Notes under the pieces: model-generated
Told to the model about the DNA's origin: nothing
The model's input: only the letters and a program-made list of their open reading frames with translations
Databases searched by the model: none
Origin: Spirochaetota bacterium
Lineage (GTDB): Bacteria > Spirochaetota > UBA4802 > UBA5550
DNA length: 64,000 nt
Assembly: GCA_050298055.1 (NCBI GenBank)
Contig: JBNKTL010000002.1
Location: forward strand, 32,001-96,000
Reading direction: 5' to 3'
Part shown: piece by piece, positions 55,495 to 64,000 of the stretch
Position numbering within the stretch: the stretch's first letter is position 1
How the letters are laid out: every line of letters starts with the position of its first letter
Program-made: the position numbers and the translations under genes

Positions 55495-58400
55495 ATGAAT
55501 AAAAAAGAGAGCATTAAAAAAACCGGCAGTACAACAGTAATGTTTGCAAATTTTTCCGGTTTTAGCGCAATGTCCGGAAAAATATCACCTGACCGGATTA
55601 CTTCACTCATGAATGATTGTTTTTCTCGAATGGAAGAAATAATTAATCGGTATGGTGGAATCTCCGAAAAATTCATTGGTGATTCAATTATGGTCACATT
55701 TAATACAACGACCCGGGCTGAAGATTCCGCAAAAAAATCAATTATAGCTGCCCTTGAAATGAGAGAAGAGATATACAGATTTAACAAATATCATTCTTCT
55801 GAACATCCCCTGGAAATTCAGATCGGGATTGAATCGGGAGCATATCAAACGGGCAGTAAGAGAATTGGTGAAAAAGCAAAAAGTGATGCTGTCAACATGG
55901 CCCTGAAACTGGAAGAAACATCTATTAAAGGGCAAATACTGATTGGACCGTCGGCATACGAAACAACAAAAAAAAATATTATTTACCGAACCATAAACCC
56001 GGTTACTTACCAGGAGGAGAAAGATCCGGCAGCTGTATTTGAGGTTCTCACCACAAAGGAAAACCTGTCTCAATCAAAACCCCATTTTGAAAGATTGACA
56101 ACTTCAAGGATAATTGGAAGAAAACTTGAACTTGAAATTCTTGATAATGAAATTGAAAACACCATTAAGGGGACAGGTTCAATTATCATGATAATCGGTG
56201 AAGCGGGCATTGGCAAAACAAAACTCATAACAGAATTTAAAGATTCAAAGACAGTAAAAAAAGTCAAATGCCTGGAAGGAAAATCCATATCCATCGGACG
56301 AAACCTGAGTTTTCATCCTGTGCTGGAAATTATAAATAAATGGACCGGTATCGATGAAAATGATACCGATACAATTGCATTTAAAAAATTAGAATCCTCT
56401 GTCAATGAACTGTCATCGGAAAGTGGAGATGAAATATTACCCTTTATGTGTATGCTCCTGGGCATTAATCTTCCCCGGCAATACTCTGACAGAATAAAAA
56501 ACATTGAGGGTGAAGCCCTTGAAAAAATGATCATTAAAACAATTTCATCGATACTGATCAAAGGTTCAAGCAACAAACCCCTTGTGTTGATATTTGAAGA
56601 TATCCACTGGGCAGATAACAGTTCTCTGGGTCTTATCGAATCCCTTTTCTGGCTGGTAAAAAGTCATAAAATCACATTTATTCTCCTCACACGGCCGGGC
56701 TACCCTGATACCGGGGACAGGATTATCAGGAGATGCCGGGAACACTATCATGAAAATTACACAGAACTTGAACTTGCTCCCTTTAATAAAAAAGAATGCG
56801 AGCAAATGCTGAGCAACTTTATAGATATCAGGAATCTTGATAAAGTATGGCGGGAGCGGATTATCAGCAGATCCTCAGGACACCCATACTTCATTGAAGA
56901 AGTTATCAGGTCACTTATTGATTACAGGGCACTTGAATTCAGTAACAACATCTATGAAGTGACACAGAAAATCAATGAAATCAAAATACCCTATTCACTG
57001 AATGAACTGTTGCTGACAAGGATTGAACGTCTTGATGACGATACAAGGAACCTCTTAATAAATGCCTCGGTTATAGGGAAAAACTTCCTCTATAAAATAC
57101 TTAAGGAGATATCAAGCGGGATTGATAATATTGATACCCGCCTTAACCTCCTGAAAAAAGTTGAACTGATACTTGAAGACACAAGAAGTGAAGAAATTGA
57201 ATTTTTCTTCAAACACACACTGGCACAGGAAGCGGCATATGAATCAATCCTTGTTAATAGAAGGAAAAAGATCCACCTTGAAGTAGCTCAATCAATAGAA
57301 AAGATATTCAAGAACAGACTCCAGGACTTCTACGGAATGCTCGCCTATCATTACAGTAGTGCGGAAAAGCCTGATAAAGCCGAAGAATATATGATTAAAG
57401 CCGGCAATGAAGCTCTTAAATCATCAGCTTCCAGTGAGGCGATACACTATTTCCAGGAGGCCCTGAATATATACAACAGACTGAACAGGAAAAAGATTGA
57501 CCGGGAAAAAATTACTCTCGTTGAAAAAAATCTTGCAACTGCTTTTTTTAACAAAGGGCAGTATGAAAATTCACTGAAATACTTTGACCGGGTATTAAAA
57601 CAGTATGGTGATGAGATCCCCCAGAACAAATTTCTCATGTTATTAAAATTCCTGGTTAATATTGTCATACTTTTTCTTAATCTCTTCCTGCCCCTCAAGA
57701 GAAGCAACAGGGAGCCCGGTTCCAGGGAACAGGAAATTATCAGCATGTTTCACAAGAGGCTAACCATTCTTGCCGTTGTAGCTCCCCGGAGATTTTTTAT
57801 AGAATCAATATACCAGCAGAAAATGCTCATCAATTTTAATCTGAAAAAAATATTTAATGGTGTGGGAATGTTCTCTGCAACCAGCAACACATTTGCCTGG
57901 ACCGGGATCTCATACGGGATAAGTAAAAAAATACTCGATTACTGTAAAAACGATATTACAGAAGAGGATAAAAGATCAAAACTTCTGTATAATTTTTCCG
58001 TACTTTTGTTTAACTTTCTTACCGGGAAATGGGACCATAATATATATGATGATCAACTGATTAATGAGAACCTTAAAATCGGGGAACTTTTTTTTTCATC
58101 CGCAGTTGTGTTGTGGTTCGGATATTTTCAGGTCGAACAGGGTTACTATCAGAAAACAATGGAACTGGTAAATAAACTCAGCAGCACAGGGAATATATAC
58201 AGTCACGATTATACAATTGCATTAAAATACGAATTGCATAACAGGTTATTAATAAAATACGGGAAACTGGAGGAGGCAAAGGCAAATCTCGATGAGGGAA
58301 TTAATTTTACCAGAAGTACAGATATTCTCAACGTATGTTTTGTACTGCTCACACTTCAAGTCAGAGCCCACGCACTTCTGCAGCAACCGGACGAAGCTGA

Positions 58401-58908
58401 AATCTACCTGAGATCGGCAGATGAAATTAAGGAAGCCATATACCCAGTTCCCTTCCATATTAATTACTATATGATCAGCAAGTTCATTTATTTTTCTTAC
58501 CGGCTAAAGAAAGCACTGGATGAGAAAGTGAAAAAATCAATCCCCGAATTATTAAGAGAACTGAAAGTCATAAAAAAATATCTTCTCTCAGGTGCCCGCA
58601 AAACAGCATCTGATAGAGTTGAGGCGTACCGCCTGGTATTCACTTTCTACCATTTAACCGGCAAACAGACAAAAGCCTTCAAGTATATCAGGAAGAGTAT
58701 AATTGAAGGGGAAAATTTGAATGCCCGCGTTGAACTTGCAAGGACATACCTGGATGCCGGTAAATTTTTATTATCAAACGATAATAATTATAAAGAAATC
58801 AATGGAATTAACGGGATGACGTATATAAAAAAGTCCGAAGAACTTTTCGAAAAAACAGGGATAAAGTATGATCCAAATGAATTTGAAAATGAAACACCTG
58901 CTCCATAA
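55495..58908 (+). CDS. Class III nucleotide cyclase-like domain, AAA/STAND ATPase and TPR-like repeats
   Basis: VMFANFSGFS, KFIGDSIM, IGIESG and DAVNMALKLE; Walker A GEAGIGKT; Walker B LIFEDIHWAD; GHPYFIEE; FKH.LAQEAAY. Confidence 0.88.
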   Translation: MNKKESIKKTGSTTVMFANFSGFSAMSGKISPDRITSLMNDCFSRMEEIINRYGGISEKFIGDSIMVTFNTTTRAEDSAKKSIIAALEMREEIYRFNKYHSSEHPLEIQIGIESGAYQTGSKRIGEKAKSDAVNMALKLEETSIKGQILIGPSAYETTKKNIIYRTINPVTYQEEKDPAAVFEVLTTKENLSQSKPHFERLTTSRIIGRKLELEILDNEIENTIKGTGSIIMIIGEAGIGKTKLITEFKDSKTVKKVKCLEGKSISIGRNLSFHPVLEIINKWTGIDENDTDTIAFKKLESSVNELSSESGDEILPFMCMLLGINLPRQYSDRIKNIEGEALEKMIIKTISSILIKGSSNKPLVLIFEDIHWADNSSLGLIESLFWLVKSHKITFILLTRPGYPDTGDRIIRRCREHYHENYTELELAPFNKKECEQMLSNFIDIRNLDKVWRERIISRSSGHPYFIEEVIRSLIDYRALEFSNNIYEVTQKINEIKIPYSLNELLLTRIERLDDDTRNLLINASVIGKNFLYKILKEISSGIDNIDTRLNLLKKVELILEDTRSEEIEFFFKHTLAQEAAYESILVNRRKKIHLEVAQSIEKIFKNRLQDFYGMLAYHYSSAEKPDKAEEYMIKAGNEALKSSASSEAIHYFQEALNIYNRLNRKKIDREKITLVEKNLATAFFNKGQYENSLKYFDRVLKQYGDEIPQNKFLMLLKFLVNIVILFLNLFLPLKRSNREPGSREQEIISMFHKRLTILAVVAPRRFFIESIYQQKMLINFNLKKIFNGVGMFSATSNTFAWTGISYGISKKILDYCKNDITEEDKRSKLLYNFSVLLFNFLTGKWDHNIYDDQLINENLKIGELFFSSAVVLWFGYFQVEQGYYQKTMELVNKLSSTGNIYSHDYTIALKYELHNRLLIKYGKLEEAKANLDEGINFTRSTDILNVCFVLLTLQVRAHALLQQPDEAEIYLRSADEIKEAIYPVPFHINYYMISKFIYFSYRLKKALDEKVKKSIPELLRELKVIKKYLLSGARKTASDRVEAYRLVFTFYHLTGKQTKAFKYIRKSIIEGENLNARVELARTYLDAGKFLLSNDNNYKEINGINGMTYIKKSEELFEKTGIKYDPNEFENETPAP

Positions 58909-58922
58909 GGGAAACGAAATTT

Positions 58923-60380
58923 CTACCTGACGTTAAGAGAACTCAGGTTGAATCTTATTACAGTTTCCACACCTCCCTCATCCCTGTTGGAAATCTCCAG
59001 GTCTGAAAATTCATAATAGTAGTGCAAACGGTCCCTGATGTTCCCGAGACTCCTGTCAAACAGGTCTTTCTCTTTCAGAGCTGTCCCATTATCAATAACA
59101 CTGATACTTACATTATCTCCCACCCTTTCGGCCCTGACATCGATAAATCCCATTCCGGACCTCTGTCTGATTCCATGTTTTATTGAATTTTCTACCAGTG
59201 GTTGAATGGTCATGGGGGGAATCATAACTTTTTCGAAATCACCGTTTTTCCGGGTTTCATATTCTAATACATCAGGGAAACGGATCATTTCAAATTCAAG
59301 AAAATTCATCATAAATGTCCACTCTTCATGAAATAAAACCATAGACTCAAAGGATCTGTCTGTCAAAAAATGGAATATCTCAGAAAGCTTAATTGTTGCA
59401 AGATCAGCTTTATCCGGGTTCTTGTGGATCAATGCGTGTATAGTATGAATTGCATTATAAATAAAGTGGGGATTCATTCTCTCCTGAAGAGTCATATACC
59501 GGGCATCCTCAAAACGCTGCAGAAGTTTATCCCTGATAACGGCCATTCGTTTCAGCTTTTCAATGTAATTCTCCTGTTCCCTGTTTATCCTGACAAGATC
59601 ATCAGATAGCTGGTTGACCCTGCTGTATGCTTTCTTTGTTCTCTCTGTGAGTTCTCTGAGATAGACATATCCAAACAGGGGAATTGCCAGAATATAGAGA
59701 TTATTCCCCAGGGGAACCAGGTTATTCATAAAGTTTAATTTATGAAAATATACAGAAATCGAAATAACTTCATTAATAAAATAAAACAGCAATGCTGCTA
59801 CAATTGCTCTCCTTTTCCATCCTATATCGTGCTGTATTATTACTGAGACCGGGTATAAGAGTATCAAAGATATTATTACGTGTGACAGAAGGTGATGCCA
59901 TGAATAGCAAAAACCTGTAGTACAGAGTTCTGAAAAATTATCAATCCATAAAAAAACAGATAGGATAAACGAGAGCACAACAAGGATTCCACCGATGTTC
60001 AAGTAGAGAATAAGCTGTTTCAGATCACCTACAATAAAAAACATGAAAGCCGATGAAACAACCAGGAGAGTCAGGTTGGAAAGAAAAAGATCAAAAGGTG
60101 AAATAACCCCCAGGATGATATTAAAATCAATTAAACCTAACACAGCAACAGATGTTATTATAAACATTATGGACTGATGCACCAGGCCTATTGAGAACCC
60201 CCAGACAAGGATCTTTTCCCTGGGATTTTTATCTATCCTGAGCCTGTTTACTGTTACAAGAAGAATAATTGTCCAGAAGACACTTGCCAGACCAAAACGG
60301 ACCAGTTCATTCTTTAAATCACCCCTTCCTCCGCCGAATTGAGAAAAAAGATCCAGTAAAAAAGTCGCAAAAGTTTCCAT
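58923..60380 (-). CDS. LytS/YehU-type membrane sensor histidine kinase
   Basis: About seven N-terminal TM helices; QERMNPHFIYNAIHTI, IQPLVENSIKHG, DNG and LGNIRDRL. Confidence 0.9.
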   Translation of the reverse strand: METFATFLLDLFSQFGGGRGDLKNELVRFGLASVFWTIILLVTVNRLRIDKNPREKILVWGFSIGLVHQSIMFIITSVAVLGLIDFNIILGVISPFDLFLSNLTLLVVSSAFMFFIVGDLKQLILYLNIGGILVVLSFILSVFLWIDNFSELCTTGFCYSWHHLLSHVIISLILLYPVSVIIQHDIGWKRRAIVAALLFYFINEVISISVYFHKLNFMNNLVPLGNNLYILAIPLFGYVYLRELTERTKKAYSRVNQLSDDLVRINREQENYIEKLKRMAVIRDKLLQRFEDARYMTLQERMNPHFIYNAIHTIHALIHKNPDKADLATIKLSEIFHFLTDRSFESMVLFHEEWTFMMNFLEFEMIRFPDVLEYETRKNGDFEKVMIPPMTIQPLVENSIKHGIRQRSGMGFIDVRAERVGDNVSISVIDNGTALKEKDLFDRSLGNIRDRLHYYYEFSDLEISNRDEGGVETVIRFNLSSLNVR

Positions 60381-60393
60381 ATATAAATTATTG

Positions 60394-60456
60394 GTTTCTA
60401 CTCAGCTATTTGGCACAAACAAACATATTAAAAAAATATCAACAATATCTCCCCGC
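60394..60456 (-). mobile_element. MITE copy K (half element)
   Basis: GTTTCTACTCAGCTATTTGGC...AAAATATCAACAATATCTCCCCGC aligns to the first half of copy I and breaks off inside the core hairpin. Confidence 0.65.
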
Positions 60457-60523
60457 TAAAGATATTTTTTAATTGCATTAATATAAAAATGAAAGTATTT
60501 TTTTAAAATAAAGGAAAAAAATC

Positions 60524-61381
60524 ATGCTCAGTAAATTCCTTGAAAATAATATTCTGATTCACCTGCCAGAGGGTGCGGGAATTCAACCGGGCACTGTTGT
60601 GATACGAAAGGGCAGCGCCAAGGAACAGCAGGGGTGCTTTTCACATTATGATGAGAAGAACCTTGTTCTCATTAATGTTCTGGACCTGAAAGAGAAAAGT
60701 TACATTGCAAGGGAGGGAGTCCTTAAACCGGAAGATGACGACAGGATATTTGCGTATACGACTTCATTCAGGAAAAATCCAAATTCCGGGAAGGCGCTGG
60801 ACATCGTCAGGGACTGGTCTTTATTTAAACAAAATGAATTCATACAGGAAGATATTCTCCGTTTTGTGAAAACCACATACGTTCCGGAGCAGATCCTGGA
60901 GCTTGAGACGCTGGATGATCTGGCAATCCTTTTTGTACCCATTCAGCAGGTTTTTCGTATCGGCAGGTTCAAAGAAAGACGTGACGGCGTCAGGGTCTGT
61001 ACTGACAGGTTCAGACAGTGGCTTGAATCACTCAACAAGGGAGACCATATAACATATCTGGCAAAAGTCATAACAGGAAGCGGCCACAGACCCCTGTTCT
61101 ACTCGATCGGGACTAAGCCCCACCAGGAGATAGAGAAATATCTCAGGAGTGAGGAGTTCAACTTCATGCCAACACATGGAGGTCATATTAAGTGTATCGG
61201 AGTAAAGGGAAATAAGAAAGAATTCCAGATAGACGCAGGATCAGACTATATCGGCCGCGGTATTAAGACAATGCTCAATGTGGCAGATGAGGTCGCAAGG
61301 GGACTGAGCCGGGTTTATCCGTCATATCTCTTTATTCCCCTGGAGGGAAGGGGTGCTTTCGGGACTGATCAGAGTTACTGA
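60524..61381 (+). CDS. Hypothetical cytoplasmic protein; C-terminal region resembles Janus/Ocnus (PHPT1) motifs
   Basis: 285-aa ORF with AAGGA RBS; PHQEI...THGGHIK...IDAGSDYIG...VYPSY. The confidence refers to the CDS, not the family. Confidence 0.75.
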   Translation: MLSKFLENNILIHLPEGAGIQPGTVVIRKGSAKEQQGCFSHYDEKNLVLINVLDLKEKSYIAREGVLKPEDDDRIFAYTTSFRKNPNSGKALDIVRDWSLFKQNEFIQEDILRFVKTTYVPEQILELETLDDLAILFVPIQQVFRIGRFKERRDGVRVCTDRFRQWLESLNKGDHITYLAKVITGSGHRPLFYSIGTKPHQEIEKYLRSEEFNFMPTHGGHIKCIGVKGNKKEFQIDAGSDYIGRGIKTMLNVADEVARGLSRVYPSYLFIPLEGRGAFGTDQSY

Positions 61382-61461
61382 TCAAGAATACCTTAAAACC
61401 GGCAGCTGTACATCAAATCCGATTAATATTAATTCCCTGGAGGGAACGCAGTTTGAATCCC

Positions 61462-62166
61462 TTATTTGAGATAATCGCACATTGCCTCAAAATATGAGGG
61501 AAGAACATCCCAGGGATTGGGATCAAGGCTATCATCAGTATGGCAGACCCATCCGGCATTGTTAGCCGCAGCATGCTCTGAGAAGACCCTGTAGTCGCCC
61601 ACCGGTGTTTCAAGTGTCAGTACGCAGAAATTGTCACTCTCATGGTTAAAGACCCATGCCGGTGCTTCCCATTCAAGATAGCCTTTTTCATTTTCAAAGA
61701 TGCATATAACATCCATGACCCGTTTGCCGTTGTTAAAAAGATACGTTTCGGAGGGAGTAATCCCCGGATTTCCCACAACAAGTGCAGCGGGACTCTTCGC
61801 CTTTATAGAGTTTCTGATCTCAAGGTAGTGGTCTTCATAACCGGGATTGATGGCCTGCTCATCCAGGAAAATCCCATCGATATCGTAAAAGCTGTACCAG
61901 CTGTGGATATCAGCCTTTATATCATCAATATTCCTACTGCCATAAAGTGTATAGACATAACCCAGAACCCTTCCGCCACTGCTGCGAAGATTATCGATTG
62001 CAGCGGTATAGCCGGCATCAACTCCCGGTCCCGGACCATTTTCGGGATTGACAATAGCGAAGATCCTGTCCGGCATCTCAGCTGCCTTCAGGGCAATCCG
62101 GTTCCAATCACCGGGACTTCTCAGGGGATTAAAATATGCAGGCACAAGGACTTTCATATGTTTCAT
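61462..62166 (-). CDS. Spherulation-specific family 4 protein (spherulin-4, GH135)
   Basis: LVPAYFNP, IVNPENGPG, VLGYVYTLYG.R, DGIFLDE, VGNPG, IFEN and NPWDVLPSY. Start 62166 or 62157. Confidence 0.9.
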   Translation of the reverse strand: MKHMKVLVPAYFNPLRSPGDWNRIALKAAEMPDRIFAIVNPENGPGPGVDAGYTAAIDNLRSSGGRVLGYVYTLYGSRNIDDIKADIHSWYSFYDIDGIFLDEQAINPGYEDHYLEIRNSIKAKSPAALVVGNPGITPSETYLFNNGKRVMDVICIFENEKGYLEWEAPAWVFNHESDNFCVLTLETPVGDYRVFSEHAAANNAGWVCHTDDSLDPNPWDVLPSYFEAMCDYLK

Positions 62167-62179
62167 TCCCTGAACTTCA

Positions 62180-62614
62180 TTATGAGCAGCGCACCATGTC
62201 TTCAATTCTCTTCCTGAGCCTGTCTGCCAGGACCAGGGCAATATTTTTATAGAGCTTAGCCTGAATTTCGATTTTCAGGTCATCAGCCCTTTCCACATCT
62301 ATATCCAGGAGAACCGTATCAGCATCTGATTCAATGGTTGCCGAGCGGTTGATATCTGACAGGGCACCCATCTCGCCGAAACACTCACCTGCCCTGAGGA
62401 CATCAATGGTTTTCCCTTCTTTCCTTATAATCACAGATCCGGTAACCAGGATGAAAAAATCACTCCCCTTTGTACCTTCCTTCAAGATAATCTCACCCCT
62501 TTTAAATGACCTGCTTTTGCAGATCCTGAGCAGATCGAAGACCTCTTCCTCGGTAAATGTTTTAAAAATTCTGCTGTCCTGCATAAGTATCGTAACGATC
62601 TTTTTTATATCCAT
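62180..62614 (-). CDS. Stand-alone cyclic nucleotide-binding domain protein
   Basis: GEIILKEG..G..FFILVTGSV and GECFGEMGAL...RSAT phosphate-binding cassette. Confidence 0.9.
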   Translation of the reverse strand: MDIKKIVTILMQDSRIFKTFTEEEVFDLLRICKSRSFKRGEIILKEGTKGSDFFILVTGSVIIRKEGKTIDVLRAGECFGEMGALSDINRSATIESDADTVLLDIDVERADDLKIEIQAKLYKNIALVLADRLRKRIEDMVRCS

Positions 62615-62623
62615 TATACCTCC

Positions 62624-64000
62624 CTATTCATTATCAAGGACCCTGGTGATCTCATTATACAGCTCTTTGAGAAGAAAGGGTTTTGTCACGTGCCCTGAAA
62701 ATCCATAATCCCTGAAATTGGATATCACCGGGTCTGTGGAGTAACCACTTGATACAATACACTTTACATGAGGATACTCACCTTTTATCTTCTTTACTGC
62801 TTCCTTTCCTCCCATACCTCCCTGTATTGTGAGATCCATAATAACAATATCATAAGCCATACCCTCTTCATACATTTTTTTGTATTCCTCTATTGCCTTA
62901 ACTCCGTCATTTACACACTTAGAGTTGCACCCGATCTCCTGGAGCATATCTTCGATCACATTTACAATGACCGGGTCATCATCCATTACGAGCACCCTGG
63001 CGTCCAGTGGGGGCAGAGAATCCGGTTTGTCATCGGCTGTAACTCCTTCATCCCGGTTTTGAATCGATGTGGGGATATAGAGTGTAAAAGTTGTCCCTTC
63101 ACCCGGTTCAGAGTTGACTGTAACCAGTCCTTTATGTTTATTAATGATCGACAATACAGTTGCCAGGCCGAGCCCGCTCCCATCCTGTTTGGTTGAAAAA
63201 TAGGGATCAAATATCTTTTCAAGGTATTTTCGGGGGATTCCGATTCCCTCATCCCTTACAGTTATTTTAACATAACTGATTCTCTCAAGAACAGGCATCT
63301 CCTTTTCTGAATTATCATAATTATATGCGGATATCCGGATTCTCCCGCCATCTGGCATGGCCTGTTTCGAATTTATGACAAGATTGGATATCACCTGGCT
63401 TATCTGTCCCGTGTCAACTTCTGCTCTCATAAGGTTTTCCGGGAAATCAAGTTCCAGTCGGACACTGCTGCCCCTGAGGGCCAGCCGTGTTGACTCTTCG
63501 ATTATTTTTCTGATATCTGCAACCTCCATTACCGGCTTGCCGCCCCTGGAAAATGCCAGAAGCTGTTTTGTGAGGTCGGATGCCCTCTCATAGACTTTTT
63601 CAGCAGATTCAATATTTTTAAAAGCCCTGCTCTGGGGATCAATTCTCTTCTTGGCCAGTGATATATTTCCAAAGATACCTGCAAGAAGATTGTTGAAGTC
63701 ATGTGCAATCCCTCCGGCAAGTAAACCAAGGGACTCAAGTTTTGCGATCTTCAGAAGTTCTTGTTCCGACTTTATCCTTCCGGTTACATCACGAAAAACA
63801 AGCACCACCCCTTTCAGAGTCCCTTCCGAATCCATAATTGGAGCAGCACTGTCAGCAATGTTGTATTCCGAGCCATTTTTTGATTTCAGAATAACATTTT
63901 CAGAAAGGAGCATCATCTTCCCGGTCCTGATCACTCTTGTCACCGGTGTTTCAACTTTGACCCTGGTTTTTTCATCAATTAAATGAAAAATCTCACTTAT
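62624..64000 (-). CDS. Hybrid PAS-histidine kinase-receiver (CckA-like); 5' end lies outside the window
   Basis: Frame open to the window end; AGGIAHDFNNLL, QVISNLVINS, FDPYFSTK..GSGLGL and receiver LVMDDD...IMDLTI...VTKP. Confidence 0.93.
   Translation of the reverse strand: MSEIFHLIDEKTRVKVETPVTRVIRTGKMMLLSENVILKSKNGSEYNIADSAAPIMDSEGTLKGVVLVFRDVTGRIKSEQELLKIAKLESLGLLAGGIAHDFNNLLAGIFGNISLAKKRIDPQSRAFKNIESAEKVYERASDLTKQLLAFSRGGKPVMEVADIRKIIEESTRLALRGSSVRLELDFPENLMRAEVDTGQISQVISNLVINSKQAMPDGGRIRISAYNYDNSEKEMPVLERISYVKITVRDEGIGIPRKYLEKIFDPYFSTKQDGSGLGLATVLSIINKHKGLVTVNSEPGEGTTFTLYIPTSIQNRDEGVTADDKPDSLPPLDARVLVMDDDPVIVNVIEDMLQEIGCNSKCVNDGVKAIEEYKKMYEEGMAYDIVIMDLTIQGGMGGKEAVKKIKGEYPHVKCIVSSGYSTDPVISNFRDYGFSGHVTKPFLLKELYNEITRVLDNE

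Noticed and set aside
46417..58908. Caspase plus STAND ATPase as one anti-phage defence island
   Set aside because: They are about 6 kb apart with unrelated genes between them, the caspase appears to be exported, and no effector or substrate gene is visible.

Overview
Bacterial chromosomal window, probably from a free-living spirochaete (inferred from a LipL21-like lipoprotein, many lipoproteins and the histidine-kinase repertoire). It holds about 50 CDS: an EF-G paralogue, a class I aminotransferase, several PAS or periplasmic-sensor histidine kinases, an MMPL transporter, an OPT transporter, a TetR/acyl-CoA dehydrogenase/thiolase/etfBA operon, hemE-hemH-hemY, a WD40-caspase lipoprotein, a cyclase-AAA-TPR protein and a spherulin-4 (GH135) gene. 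No rRNA, tRNA, CRISPR array or intact transposase was seen. Main items not explained by the ORF track: (1) a 71-aa glutaredoxin-like selenoprotein with two in-frame UGA codons and SECIS-like hairpins (6901-7116); (2) a ~140-bp MITE family with GTAACTACTCAG terminal inverted repeats, 8-bp target duplications and a central GC hairpin, in about 11 full or partial copies; (3) two orphan promoter-hairpin units that look like sRNAs or attenuators, one preceded by 21-bp-period direct repeats; (4) a decayed DUF559 nuclease gene between inverted REP-like repeats; (5) a hypothetical protein among histidine kinases whose C-terminal motifs resemble the Janus/Ocnus (PHPT1) phosphohistidine phosphatase; (6) several apparent pseudo-enzymes. 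All family assignments are by-eye motif recognition, not database searches.
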